A stretch of 64,000 nt of DNA from NCBI GenBank assembly GCA_042565955.1, contig JBHORG010000005.1, forward strand, positions 14,025 through 78,024, read 5' to 3'. Source of the DNA: Thermoproteota archaeon (GTDB lineage Archaea > Thermoproteota > Bathyarchaeia > Bathyarchaeales > Bathyarchaeaceae). Under the pieces are notes generated by a model that saw nothing but the letters and a program-made list of their open reading frames with translations, was not told where the DNA came from and did not search any database. This document shows, piece after piece, positions 19,235 to 28,971 of the stretch. Every line of letters begins with the position of its first letter. The first letter of the stretch is position 1. The position numbers were made by a program, and so were the translations under genes.

Positions 19235-20710
19235 TTATCGAGATACGTAATGCTGAACCGCAGACTTTAGCCTCCTATCAGCTTCCTTTAGCCTATTTTT
19301 TTGATTTCCTAGGCTCGTTTTTGATTGATTCGACAATTGTTTCCGGTTTTTAAGCATCCGTTTGACTTCTACTGGAGCTGGACCACCAATGGTTTTGTGG
19401 CTTTCAACACACTTTTTGGGGTCTATAGAGTCTTTGATGTCCGCCATTTTAACGGATATTGTGATTCCCGCAGATTCTTTAGCGGTCTTATTTAATAGAT
19501 CAGGTATCAAGTCAGAAAGCGTCATTTTCTTTTCCAGCAAGGTTTTGACGATTGCACCAACTATCTTGTGTGAAGTCCTAAAGGGAATGTTATTTTTTTT
19601 CACAAGCATGTTAGCTAATTCTGTCGTGGTTGAGTAGTTTAGTATCTGCTTTTTGAAAAGGTCCTTATTTACGTTCAAGTTTTTGACTAGCTCAGAGAAC
19701 ATGTTCACTGAAGTTGCAACTGTTTCGATTGATTCCCAAAGTTTTGGGGTAAGCTCTTGAAGGTCTAGATTGTAACCTGAGGGCAAAGCCTTCATAGTCG
19801 TTGCTGATGCTACAAAGTTGCCTAGAACTTGGCTCATCCTTGCCCTGATGACCTCTAAGATATCGGGATTCTTTTTCTGGGGCATTATACTGCTCGTAAA
19901 GGCGAAACTTTCTGGAAAATCAATAATCCCAAAGTCTGGGGAACTCCAAATAAGAATGTCTTCGGCCATCCTACTAACATCGATGGCAAGCAATGTTAAG
20001 TTGGCAGATGCTTCAAGAACAAAGTCGCGGCTACCTACTGCGTCTATGGAGTTCTCTAGAACGTCGCTAAAGCCTAGGAGTTTGGCCGTGCGCTCGCGGT
20101 TTATTGGGAAGCTTGTGGTCGCTATGGCTCCCGCTCCCATGGGACAAAGGTTAACACGGGGAATTGTCTCTTCTATCCTTTTTAGACTCCTCTCTAACAT
20201 ATCCACATATGCGATTAGAATATGGGCGAAGGTTACGGGCTGTGCAGGATGCAGATGGGTGTAACTTGGAACTAATGTTTCTGTGTGTTTTTCAGCCAAC
20301 TCGATTAACGAGTTCTGAAAATTTACTATGATATTCATTATTTCGAGTAGGTCTATACGAAGTACCATCCTGATGGCTGTTCCCACTTGGTCGTTTCGGC
20401 TTTTGGCGATGTGTAGATTTCCACCTATTTCCTTACCTATTTTTTTGTTGACTTCCTCTTCTACTGCAAGATGAACATCCTCAAGGGAGTTGTCTAGCTT
20501 CATTTTTGGGTCTATTTCAGTTAGGGCTTGGAGTAGTTTGGCACCCATTTGAGCACTGAATATATTCTGTTCGATAAGCATGGTAACGTGGGCTTGGTTG
20601 ATTTTGATGACACTTCCCAGTAGCTTTTCATCGCTTTTTATAGATGCAGTAAACTCTACAACATCTTTTCGGGCAGAACCTATCCTTCCTCCACGCAACA
20701 ACTTAGACAA
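19235..20710 (-). CDS. argH: argininosuccinate lyase
   Basis: 491 aa. Fumarate-lyase family features include GGRIGS near the N-terminus, HLHPAQPVTFAH and the signature-like SSIMPQKKNPD. Confidence 0.92.
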   Translation of the reverse strand: MSKLLRGGRIGSARKDVVEFTASIKSDEKLLGSVIKINQAHVTMLIEQNIFSAQMGAKLLQALTEIDPKMKLDNSLEDVHLAVEEEVNKKIGKEIGGNLHIAKSRNDQVGTAIRMVLRIDLLEIMNIIVNFQNSLIELAEKHTETLVPSYTHLHPAQPVTFAHILIAYVDMLERSLKRIEETIPRVNLCPMGAGAIATTSFPINRERTAKLLGFSDVLENSIDAVGSRDFVLEASANLTLLAIDVSRMAEDILIWSSPDFGIIDFPESFAFTSSIMPQKKNPDILEVIRARMSQVLGNFVASATTMKALPSGYNLDLQELTPKLWESIETVATSVNMFSELVKNLNVNKDLFKKQILNYSTTTELANMLVKKNNIPFRTSHKIVGAIVKTLLEKKMTLSDLIPDLLNKTAKESAGITISVKMADIKDSIDPKKCVESHKTIGGPAPVEVKRMLKNRKQLSNQSKTSLGNQKNRLKEADRRLKSAVQHYVSR

Positions 20711-20765
20711 TTATTTTCACCTCAACAGTTTTTACTTGAACAAACAGCCATAACTGTCCGCTCCG

Positions 20766-21977
20766 TTAACATTTCTTTTCTTTTTTCACCTTCTCTTTTA
20801 GTACCACGGCTACTTTTGTGGGCAGTCCCCACAATTCAATAAAGCCCTCAGCAAAGGTTTGATTAAACGATGTTTCCACTTCATAAGTTGCCAAGTTCTT
20901 GTCATACAGAGACATTGGTGATGAACGTCCAGTAGCCCAGCAGCGTCCTTTGTATAGTTTCATTTTTACTTCGCCGCAGACGCGTTCTTGAGTCTTGTCA
21001 ATGAAGGCGTCCAGAGCTTCACGTAGGGGATCTATCCACAAACCTGTGTAAACGAGCCAAGTCCACTTTTCGTCTATCTGCTTCTTGAATTCGAGTTCGT
21101 GGCGTGTCAGAATCATTTTTTCTAAGTCTTTGTGGGCTTCAATTAGCACTTCAGCGGCTGGAGACTCATAAATTTCCCTTGATTTGATTCCGACTAATCG
21201 ATCTTCGATGTGGTCTACGCGCCCAATTCCGTGTTTCCCTGCAATTTCGTTGAGATTTTCAATCAACGCTACCGGATTCATCTTTTTTCCGTTCAGGCCA
21301 ACTGGACAACCAGCCTCAAACTGGATTGTTACGAATTCTGGTTTGTCTGGTGCCTTTTCGGGAGAGGTTGTTAATGTGTAGATTTCTTCTAGCGGTTCTT
21401 GTTCCGCGTTCTCAAGGGGTCCGCATTCTATGGAACGTCCCCACAAGTTCTGGTCGATGCTGTAAGGGTCAGACAGGTGAGGAATAGAAATACCTTTTTC
21501 TTTAGCGTACTTGATTTCTGCTTCCCTGCAGAGTCCCCATTCCCTTACTGGAGCAATAACTTTGAGGTTGGGGGCAAGAGCCTTGATTGTAACATCAAAG
21601 CGCACTTGATCGTTTCCTTTCCCTGTGCAGCCGTGAGCGACTGCTTTGGCACCTTCTTTTTGTGCGATTTCAACTAGTTTTTTTGCGATCAGGGGGCGTC
21701 CTATAGCCGTTGCCATGGGATATTTTCCTTCGTATAGTGCGTTTGCTTTGATGGCTGGAAAGACGTGTTTAAGGACGAATTCTTTTGTTCCGTCTATTGA
21801 GTAATGTTTTTTGGCGCCTAGGCTTTGGGCTTTTTCTGCGACCTTTTTTAGGTCGGTTTGTTGCCCTAGCTCCATAGTGAATGTTACCACTTCTACATCG
21901 TATTCTTCTTGTAGCCATTTTATGAGCACAGATGTGTCTAATCCTCCAGAATAGGCTAATATTATCGTATCTTTCAT
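20766..21977 (-). CDS. argG: argininosuccinate synthase
   Basis: MKDTIILAYSGGLDTSV is the ATP pyrophosphatase P-loop, and GCTGKGNDQVRF is also present. The ATG at 21977 gives the family-typical N-terminus. The track start at 22064 adds 29 poorly fitting residues. Confidence 0.92.
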   Translation of the reverse strand: MKDTIILAYSGGLDTSVLIKWLQEEYDVEVVTFTMELGQQTDLKKVAEKAQSLGAKKHYSIDGTKEFVLKHVFPAIKANALYEGKYPMATAIGRPLIAKKLVEIAQKEGAKAVAHGCTGKGNDQVRFDVTIKALAPNLKVIAPVREWGLCREAEIKYAKEKGISIPHLSDPYSIDQNLWGRSIECGPLENAEQEPLEEIYTLTTSPEKAPDKPEFVTIQFEAGCPVGLNGKKMNPVALIENLNEIAGKHGIGRVDHIEDRLVGIKSREIYESPAAEVLIEAHKDLEKMILTRHELEFKKQIDEKWTWLVYTGLWIDPLREALDAFIDKTQERVCGEVKMKLYKGRCWATGRSSPMSLYDKNLATYEVETSFNQTFAEGFIELWGLPTKVAVVLKEKVKKEKKC

Positions 21978-22066
21978 TGTGGTTCCCAGTTCGAGATTGA
22001 TAATTCGAGAAAGGCTTATATAGATTTTGGTCAATATCATATTAAATCGTGCATTTGTGACCAAAA

Positions 22067-22732
22067 ATGGTCAATTCAATCTCGAAAACCGTACAAACGC
22101 TCATAGACGAAGACCTCTCACTACAGGATGCCCTGCAAAGAGACTACGCAAACTACAGCGCAATAGCAAGAATGCTCCTACCAAAAATAAAAGAAACAGT
22201 AAACAGCGAGGTTAACCTCGAAAGCGTAATAACATCGGTTAAGCGGGCTAAAGCTAATTACACAATTTTACAGGGAAAGATAACAAAAGTGGTTGCGGGA
22301 AGCGGTTTAAACATCAGAACCGACATGGCAAAAGTTTCTGTTGATAAAACAAAAGAAAACTTAGAAAAGATAAGAAAAACTTTGGCTACATTCTCGGGTG
22401 ATTTTCTTCAAATTATTGAAGGAAACTCCATTGTTACCCTGATTTCTGACCTGAATTCCTTCAACAAAATCAATTCTATCTTTACTAAAAAAGATGTTAT
22501 AGACCAAAAACAGAGCCTAGCAACAATCATCATCCGAAGTCCAGATGAAATAACATTCACTCCAGGATCCGTACAAGCATTCTACAATGCACTCTCACGA
22601 CGTCACATCAATATAGAAGAAACAATGAGCTGTTACACAGAAACAATAATCGTGATAGCTATGGAAGACGTAAGCAAAGCGTTCGCAGCCTTAACAGACC
22701 TAATAACACAAGCAAGAACAAAAACAGTCTAA
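22067..22732 (+). CDS. ACT-domain protein, putative amino-acid-metabolism regulator (COG2150-like)
   Basis: 221 aa. The C-terminal segment ATIIIRSPDEITFTPGSVQAFYNALSRRHINIEETMSCYTETIIVIAMEDVSKAFAAL has the ACT beta-alpha-beta-beta-alpha-beta pattern seen in aspartate-kinase ACT domains. Divergent from argG. Confidence 0.45.
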   Translation: MVNSISKTVQTLIDEDLSLQDALQRDYANYSAIARMLLPKIKETVNSEVNLESVITSVKRAKANYTILQGKITKVVAGSGLNIRTDMAKVSVDKTKENLEKIRKTLATFSGDFLQIIEGNSIVTLISDLNSFNKINSIFTKKDVIDQKQSLATIIIRSPDEITFTPGSVQAFYNALSRRHINIEETMSCYTETIIVIAMEDVSKAFAALTDLITQARTKTV

Positions 22733-22913
22733 ACACACAACCAATCAAATTCGGAGACTAATATTACTTCATTGTTGAAAAAAACCGTTTTTAAAAAAGG
22801 TAAACCAAAAAAAAAGATAATTTGCTAAAACAGCAATATTTTATAGTAAATCAAAACATATGCTTCAAAAAAAGTGCACACAAACTGGGTGCAGTCTATA
22901 ATTCTTGTGGTAT

Positions 22914-23102
22914 CTATAATTCTCGTGGTACAAGGGCAATATTGAAAGCAACTGTTTTGCCTCCGTGCTTTCGGTCACATTTCACGGTTACAGTTTCTCC
23001 ATCTTCACTGATATATACAACCTTACCAACATGCCCCACTTCTTGATGAAAAACACTATGCACAGGAATCTTCATCTTATCTCCAATCTTAAATTCTCCC
23101 AT
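22914..23102 (-). CDS. hypothetical small protein (62 aa from ATG 23102)
   Basis: MGEFKIGDKMKIPVHSVFHQEVGHVGKVVYISEDGETVTVKCDRKHGGKTVAF... is beta-rich. No family was recognised. The longer track ORF (to 23189) has an implausible N-terminus. Confidence 0.3.
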   Translation of the reverse strand: MGEFKIGDKMKIPVHSVFHQEVGHVGKVVYISEDGETVTVKCDRKHGGKTVAFNIALVPREL

Positions 23103-23384
23103 CGATATTTCCTCTCTAAACAATTCACGTGGCCCCAAAACAGCAACCGCGTTTTCAATGGACAAACATCTTCGATAAGAAGAGTGCAACTATTAAACAT
23201 TACCTGAATACGCACCCCAACCTAAAAACGGACTTTTCACCAAAAAGACAATTGCAAAAAAAACGCATGTATTTTTCGGGCTTACTAATAAAAAATTGCT
23301 ACAAAAAAAGGGTATACAATCAACAACAAGGTGCAAAGAACTTATCTAATGGTGTTTACTATTGGTGAAGTGAAGGAAAAACTG

Positions 23385-23528
23385 ATGCCAAGAGACCCAG
23401 TGTGCGGTGTAATTTTGACCGAAAAGACAGCCAAATATAAAATCACTCATGATGGCGAAAAATATTTTTTCTGTAGCGTAAAATGCAAAAAGAGATTTAA
23501 AAGAAACCGAGGAAAATTCTCACAATAA
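23385..23528 (+). CDS. YHS/TRASH-type metal-binding domain protein
   Basis: From ATG 23385: MPRDPVCGVILTEKTAKYKITHDGEKYFFCSVKCKKRFKRN, a DPVCG...Y.FCS..C pattern typical of YHS domains. A purine-rich stretch (GGTGAAGTGAAGGAAAA) lies upstream. Confidence 0.6.
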   Translation: MPRDPVCGVILTEKTAKYKITHDGEKYFFCSVKCKKRFKRNRGKFSQ

Positions 23529-23555
23529 ACTTTCTCTAGTACTTATTCGTGCATT

Positions 23556-23855
23556 TCATTTAAGGTGTTCTTCTATAAACCGCAACAATTGATATCCAAA
23601 CAAAATAGCTGCAACATAGGTAGGCCATAAAAGTACTGGCCAATCTCCTGGAAGGTAATGCCATAAATCAGACTGGGTTGAGAACACTTCCATAAGAACC
23701 ATTGAAAACAGTCCAGCCATAGATAAGTAAACCTGTTCCTTAACATTATTTTTCTTACCATTGCGTTTTCTGTTAAGCATTAAAACAGCCCATGCTCCGA
23801 TGAAAGCAAAGAAAAGGACATACCAATTAGGATCGGAGTCAAATATTAGGTGCAT
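23556..23855 (-). CDS. hypothetical membrane protein
   Basis: 99 aa with three predicted hydrophobic helices (WYVLFFAFIGAWAVLML, LSMAGLFSMVLMEVF, LLWPTYVAAILFGYQLL). No family was recognised. Confidence 0.35.
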   Translation of the reverse strand: MHLIFDSDPNWYVLFFAFIGAWAVLMLNRKRNGKKNNVKEQVYLSMAGLFSMVLMEVFSTQSDLWHYLPGDWPVLLWPTYVAAILFGYQLLRFIEEHLK

Positions 23856-24016
23856 ACCCAGAAAACAGGGTTAAACTATAAAAACCTTCTTTTTTCCTCA
23901 GCAAAAAATCACTTCAACAAAAACATTAACTAGACACACACAAAAAAATTGAAAAATTAAAAAAAATAGTCCACGAGAATCCTTATGTAAAACTGATGCA
24001 CCAAAGAATCCACAAA

Positions 24017-24094
24017 GGGGCCGTCGGCTAGCATGGTCTAGGCTCTGAGCCTCGGACGTTCGGGACCCCGGTTCAAATCCGGGCGGCCCCACCA
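24017..24094 (+). tRNA. tRNA-Pro (anticodon CGG), genomically encoded CCA
   Basis: Folded by hand. Acceptor GGGGCCG/CGGCCCC; D-arm GGCT-AGCATGGTCTA-GGCT (two G-U pairs); anticodon arm TGAGC-CTCGGAC-GTTCG (anticodon CGG); 4-nt variable region; T-arm CCCGG-TTCAAAT-CCGGG; discriminator A and CCA at 24092..24094. The minus-strand ORF 23898..24095 is an antisense artefact. Confidence 0.85.
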
Positions 24095-24147
24095 AAACGT
24101 ATACTAATAAAAGATAATAAGAAAAAATGAGCCTAATAATAAGCCAT

Positions 24148-25527
24148 CTACTTCTTTATCCGTTTAGCAATTTCTTCAGCGACTATGACGCCTGAGGCGG
24201 ATGCTTGAATTAGTCCTCGGCTTACTCCTCCTCCGTCACCGATTGTAAACATGTTCTTGATCCTTGTTTCCAGTTGATCAGTCAATTCGAGCCTTGTGGA
24301 ATAGAACTTCACTTCTACCCCATAGAGTAGCGTATCATTTGAGTATACTCCCGGAGCAACTTTATCCAATGCTTGAAGCATCTCTTTGATGTTAGCCAAG
24401 TAACGATAGGGCAGCACGAAACTGAGGTCCCCAGGTGTGGCATTCTTGAGTGTTGGAACACATAGACTGCGTTTTATCCGCTCTTCTGTTGAACGTCGTC
24501 CAGCCTTCAGGTCGCCTAATCTTTGAACTATTACACTACCGCTGAGCAAGTTCGAAAGTCGTGCAATATATTTTCCGTAAGCAATGGGCTCTCTGAAGGG
24601 TTCTGTAAAGGAGGTACTAACCAAGATAGCGAAGTTCGTGTTTTTTGTTTTCCGTTCAGCATAGCTCTGGCCATTCACGGTTAATATACCATCATAGGAT
24701 TCCGTGATTACTTCTCCCAGAGGCGAAACACAGAAGGTTCGTACCTGATCATCAAAAGATTTAGAGTGGTAAATCAGCTTCGGTTCATAGAGGGTCTTAG
24801 TTAACTCTTCCATGATAGCGGCTCGAAGCTCGACCCTAACACCTATATCCACAGGATTGTTTAATGTCTTCAGACCAAGAACTTCTGATTCAGTCTTCAA
24901 CCATTCGGCACCGATTCTGCCTGGCGCCACAATCAAATATTTTCCATAGAACTTTTCTCCCTTGGTGGTCTCAACACCTTCAATTGTGGCATCCTTGACC
25001 AAAAGGCTCTTCACATCTGTTCGGGTTCGAATATCAACTCTGCCTTCAAGATGATTGCGCATCTTGCGAAGAGTCTCAGCACATTTTTCAGTGCCCATAT
25101 GCCGAACTTTCTGGGAAACAAGCTTCAACCCAGCAAGAGAAGCTTTTCGTGAAATCTCATCAAATTTTTCAGGACCAACACCATAAAGATGCTTGGTAGC
25201 CCCAAACTTCAGATACACACTGTCAACGTAACGAAGCAACTCCCAAAGCTGCTCTACATTACAGTATTCGTTTAGCCATCCACCCACTTCTGTTGACAAA
25301 GTAAGCTTTCCATCGCTAAAAGCACCAGCACCGCCCCAACCGGCTAACAGGGAACACGGATCACAGTTTAGACAGCCCAAACCCCTACTGGCAGGACATT
25401 TACGTTGATCAATATCTGAACCTCTGTCCAAAAGCAATATACTGAGATCTGTTTTGTCAGCTAGCTCAAGAGCAGAAAATATTCCAGCCGGACCAGCGCC
25501 CACGATTATAACGTCGAAATTCATCAA
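24148..25527 (-). CDS. FAD-dependent oxidoreductase (COG2509-like)
   Basis: 459 aa. The N-terminal dinucleotide-binding motif is DVIIVGAGPAGIFSALELA, and a C-terminal GDGGGVSRGLIQASASG motif is present. Confidence 0.75.
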   Translation of the reverse strand: MMNFDVIIVGAGPAGIFSALELADKTDLSILLLDRGSDIDQRKCPASRGLGCLNCDPCSLLAGWGGAGAFSDGKLTLSTEVGGWLNEYCNVEQLWELLRYVDSVYLKFGATKHLYGVGPEKFDEISRKASLAGLKLVSQKVRHMGTEKCAETLRKMRNHLEGRVDIRTRTDVKSLLVKDATIEGVETTKGEKFYGKYLIVAPGRIGAEWLKTESEVLGLKTLNNPVDIGVRVELRAAIMEELTKTLYEPKLIYHSKSFDDQVRTFCVSPLGEVITESYDGILTVNGQSYAERKTKNTNFAILVSTSFTEPFREPIAYGKYIARLSNLLSGSVIVQRLGDLKAGRRSTEERIKRSLCVPTLKNATPGDLSFVLPYRYLANIKEMLQALDKVAPGVYSNDTLLYGVEVKFYSTRLELTDQLETRIKNMFTIGDGGGVSRGLIQASASGVIVAEEIAKRIKK

Positions 25528-25687
25528 CGGTTCCTCCGGAATTCCAAAACTACATAGAATAGGTGCAATATATGTGTTGGCTGGAAACTAACAAACAGAA
25601 AATCTAGCCATTGTTAAAAGCAAGTCATAAAGGACAGACTATCCATTAACCCTAACAAACTTTTGCATCATCAAAAACTGTTGAGGC

Positions 25688-26047
25688 TCAGTTTCTTTCT
25701 TCCTCTTTTTTAAGAGCATTCTCCATCAGTTTTCGAAGAATTGGAGCAGCTTCTTGCTCGGTAACGGACTTTATGAAAACTGAAACTAAACTGATCTTGT
25801 TTGTTTTTTTAGCAAGAATCTCAGCCAATACACGGGCAAGTACCATGTTCCGGTCACCAAGCAACACGGAAGAGAGAGGCGCCCCAATAAAGTTCTTCGA
25901 TTGTGGCATAGCCACAGCCAATGTACCAAGCTTGTCTTCACCCTCACTCAAGAACAATTGGTTGGCATTTTTTGTTTCAATATAAATTGCACAAAAAGAT
26001 CGATCCTGTTCAATTAGCTCTTCTTTAATAATGTTTGCTCTCGACAA
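25688..26047 (-). CDS. small protein resembling proteasome assembly chaperone 4 (PAC4/PSMG4 family)
   Basis: 119 aa with a TTG start. LGTLAVAMPQS...PLSSVLLGDRNMVLARVLAEILAKKTNKISLVSVFI parallels, as I recall it, human PSMG4 LRNLAVAMCS...PVSTSLLGDTSD..GLAQRLARKTNKQVFVSYNL. Confidence 0.45.
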   Translation of the reverse strand: MSRANIIKEELIEQDRSFCAIYIETKNANQLFLSEGEDKLGTLAVAMPQSKNFIGAPLSSVLLGDRNMVLARVLAEILAKKTNKISLVSVFIKSVTEQEAAPILRKLMENALKKEEERN

Positions 26048-26135
26048 CAGCTACTCTCCATGCCCATTAATAGCAAGATTAAGGGTCTATTTAGTATTTT
26101 CAAATAAAACTGAGATCAAACTCAAGCAACCAGTT

Positions 26136-27389
26136 TTACAGAGTTTTGGAGTATACTGTGGATAAACCGATTTCCATAAAATTTTTATTCAGAATTATCT
26201 GCCCTAAACATAACGTAGACACTTTCTTGCTTACATTAGTGTAGATTTTCAGGTTTTTACGCTTGTAGTCAACTTCAGTTAGAATACCTATTCCCAAAAA
26301 ATGGTCTTTCTCATCTTTAAGCCCCACAAGTAAGCCTTCCTCATCGCCCTCACGTATCACTTTAACAGTTTTTTTGAAATACTCCTCAACAGCTTTAATC
26401 GGTTTATCCTTAATGAATTCGTTCTTCCTTAACACTACAAGGAGAACATCAATAGCTTCTTCAGTATAGACAGGTCTTTTTCCCAGCAGATTAATCAAAG
26501 TTTCCAAACGTTTACGATATAAAGGACCACCAGATCCCAAAACAGAATCTTCAACATTAATCCAGCTAAGAGAAAAAGACTCAATCTTTGCTCCTTTCAG
26601 GTACTTCTTGTAACTAAGTTCCCGTAAAAGCTTCCTCTTCGCTCTATTCCTTGGCTGAATCAACTGCGGAGAATCAATGGTAATAACCTTAACACCATGC
26701 AATGCATCTAAAATGGGAGTTAATTCGTTTTCCTTCTGTATTCCCACGACCGCACTAGAAACAACCTCTTCTGCTAATCGAACTTTGTGTGATGATACCT
26801 TTTCGCCTTCAATCCAGCCGTCCGTGTTTATGACAAGAAAATCCACACCATTGTCCATCACCATAGCTTTTAGATACAGCAACCCCTCAATGACCTTACT
26901 TATTGCCCCGCTTGGACTCGTAGAGCCCACAAAAAACGCCTCTTTAGAATGAATCTCAAAGAGGTCTTTCACAGGCTCAGCTACAAAATTGAATCCCATA
27001 GTCGATGGGGGACCAACATCAGACTGGCCCAAATCAGCATCAATAATGCATGTTTTCAGATTCTCTTTCACTGCCGCATTAACAAGAAAAGTGCAAAAGC
27101 TTGTCTTGCCAGAATCCGCATCTCCAACAACCAATACAGTTATTGGCTTGGCTAGGGACAAAAGCTCCTTTGCTGCGTTAGTCCATGAAGAAGAAACATT
27201 TCCTTCTTCAACTTCATGTATAGAAGCCCCTTTCCCAAGCATCACTTCAAAAGTAGCCGTTTTTTTGATCCACAGAGGCAACCGTTTTCCCTCCCTGATC
27301 ACAAGATTCTCTTCGATTTGCAAAGGTGCCCCTAGAACGCTTACATTTCCAGAAAGAAGACTAACAGAAGCAGGACCATCAACAAGCAA
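26136..27389 (-). CDS. Clp1/Grc3-family polynucleotide 5'-kinase
   Basis: 417 aa. The P-loop VLVVGDADSGKTSFCTFL is followed by IIDADLGQSDVGPPSTMG, the Clp1 signature arrangement. The size fits archaeal Clp1 homologues. Confidence 0.75.
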   Translation of the reverse strand: MLVDGPASVSLLSGNVSVLGAPLQIEENLVIREGKRLPLWIKKTATFEVMLGKGASIHEVEEGNVSSSWTNAAKELLSLAKPITVLVVGDADSGKTSFCTFLVNAAVKENLKTCIIDADLGQSDVGPPSTMGFNFVAEPVKDLFEIHSKEAFFVGSTSPSGAISKVIEGLLYLKAMVMDNGVDFLVINTDGWIEGEKVSSHKVRLAEEVVSSAVVGIQKENELTPILDALHGVKVITIDSPQLIQPRNRAKRKLLRELSYKKYLKGAKIESFSLSWINVEDSVLGSGGPLYRKRLETLINLLGKRPVYTEEAIDVLLVVLRKNEFIKDKPIKAVEEYFKKTVKVIREGDEEGLLVGLKDEKDHFLGIGILTEVDYKRKNLKIYTNVSKKVSTLCLGQIILNKNFMEIGLSTVYSKTL

Positions 27390-27415
27390 AGTTTTTCCTT
27401 CATTGATAACACGTT

Positions 27416-28072
27416 TCAGGAAATATCCCTCCTAGAAAAAACTCGACCATTTCTTTCCGCAATTTTTATGGCGGAAACAGCGTCTCTTAACACTCTACGA
27501 TTTACTGACTTGTTTACTAGTTGACTTGTTTTCGCTTCACTGACTATTTCTATGAAAGTGTCTGCTGGTAGAGTTTTATCCAATGCAATGAGTAACGTTT
27601 CGGTGTGTTCAGGAAGTCCGTCCCCCACCCGGACCAATCTAACCTCGGCAGGAAACCGTTTCAAGCTATCTAAAATAAGCAGGGTTACCTCTTCTATGTT
27701 TGAAGCTGTTAGAGTTTCGAGGACTTTGTTGTCACCTAGAAGAGCCATCCCATATGTTTTGCCGGGATCTACTCCAATTACAATTCTTTCGTAGCTTTTT
27801 TTTCCCTGAATAATCAGATTGGCTTTGTCTACTACAAATTTAGGCTTTGATCCTTGCTCGAAAAGTAGAATATTGGAGTGTGAAATCTGGTTACTCTCCT
27901 TTTCTGTGGTTAGAACAACTTGAATGTTCATTGGAATAGGATCCCATGGTTTCAAACTCAAGAATGGCAAACCCTTTCTCTGTAGTTCGTTCACAAATTC
28001 GTAATAGGCTCTTCCATTAACAGTTGCTACAGCTATTCTCGTTTTCATTTGATTAACCGGTCCATATTCCAC
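27416..28072 (-). CDS. conserved hypothetical protein, possible RNase H-fold (RuvC/YqgF-like) nuclease
   Basis: 218 aa. RIVIGVDPGKTYGMALLGD resembles the first acidic motif of RNase H-fold nucleases. Lies immediately upstream of clp1 on the same strand. Confidence 0.35.
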   Translation of the reverse strand: MEYGPVNQMKTRIAVATVNGRAYYEFVNELQRKGLPFLSLKPWDPIPMNIQVVLTTEKESNQISHSNILLFEQGSKPKFVVDKANLIIQGKKSYERIVIGVDPGKTYGMALLGDNKVLETLTASNIEEVTLLILDSLKRFPAEVRLVRVGDGLPEHTETLLIALDKTLPADTFIEIVSEAKTSQLVNKSVNRRVLRDAVSAIKIAERNGRVFSRRDIS

Positions 28073-28250
28073 GCAGAATAAATAACTGAAAAGAAAACGG
28101 AGAGATGTGACTATGCATACTTTTAACCTTATCTGATTCTCATTTCTTTCTTTTCAACTTAAATATGTTACGAAACGTCAATTAATAAAAAATACAAAAT
28201 AGAGAAGCCTTATAATTCCTAAGGATTATTTCGATTCTTGTGTTGTCGCT

Positions 28251-28943
28251 TTGCAGAATCTCATTCCAACGGGTTGTATTTCACTTGACAAAGTGTTAGG
28301 AGGAGGATTCCCTACCAAAACTGTCTCCCTCGTCTATGGAGAGGCAGAAACTGGCAAAACATCTCTTGCTGTTCAATGTGCAATTAATTACGGGCGTAGA
28401 GGTATTAAGTCTCTCTTTATAGATACAGATGGAACATTTTCTTATGAACGGCTGTCACAGATAGCAGAATATGATTACCAAAAAATCTCGCCACTCATGA
28501 TCATAATGCGACCAACAACATTTCAAGATCAATCCAAAGCAATAGATCACCTTGAAAAGGTTATAAGCAAAAAATTTGGGTTGATCGTTGTCGACACGAT
28601 TACGTCACTTTATCGCGTTGAACTTGACAATGCAGAAGAAACATACGCTGCTAACCGAGAGTTGAACAGACAAATTGCGGTTTTAACGTATATAGCCAAA
28701 ACATGTGGAGTAGCAGTTCTCATCATTAGTCAGGTGAGAAGTGTTCCTTTTGGAAAAACTGTAAAAATGAAACCGGTAGCAACACGGGTTCTGAATTATT
28801 GGTCAAACATTATACTTAACATGAAACAGACAGGCCAAACACGTGTCATAAAGGTTATCCGTGAGAAACATCCGAAAATCAAAGGAATAGGAACCATCTA
28901 CGTTAAGATAGAGAACACAGGAATAAGCGATTATGTGCACTAG
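28251..28943 (+). CDS. radB: RadB-type RecA-family ATPase
   Basis: 230 aa. ISLDKVLGGGFPTKTVSLVYGEAETGKTSLAVQ contains Walker A, and LIVVDTITSLYR is Walker B. The size is typical of archaeal RadB rather than RadA. Confidence 0.7.
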   Translation: MQNLIPTGCISLDKVLGGGFPTKTVSLVYGEAETGKTSLAVQCAINYGRRGIKSLFIDTDGTFSYERLSQIAEYDYQKISPLMIIMRPTTFQDQSKAIDHLEKVISKKFGLIVVDTITSLYRVELDNAEETYAANRELNRQIAVLTYIAKTCGVAVLIISQVRSVPFGKTVKMKPVATRVLNYWSNIILNMKQTGQTRVIKVIREKHPKIKGIGTIYVKIENTGISDYVH

Positions 28944-28971
28944 AGTTATTTTCTCTAAGTAATTATTAGGA

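Noticed and set aside
22768-22781. Identical 14-mer TTCATTGTTGAAAA at 22768..22781 and 37067..37080, and an identical 12-mer ATGTACTATAAA at 55856..55867 and 58916..58927
   Set aside because: For ~2e9 position pairs in 64 kb, several exact 12-14-mer matches are expected by chance, and more in A/T-rich DNA. The flanks do not extend the similarity convincingly.
23898-24095. 65-aa minus-strand ORF (MVGPPGFEPGSRTSEAQSL...)
   Set aside because: It is the antisense translation of the tRNA-Pro gene, a classic artefact.
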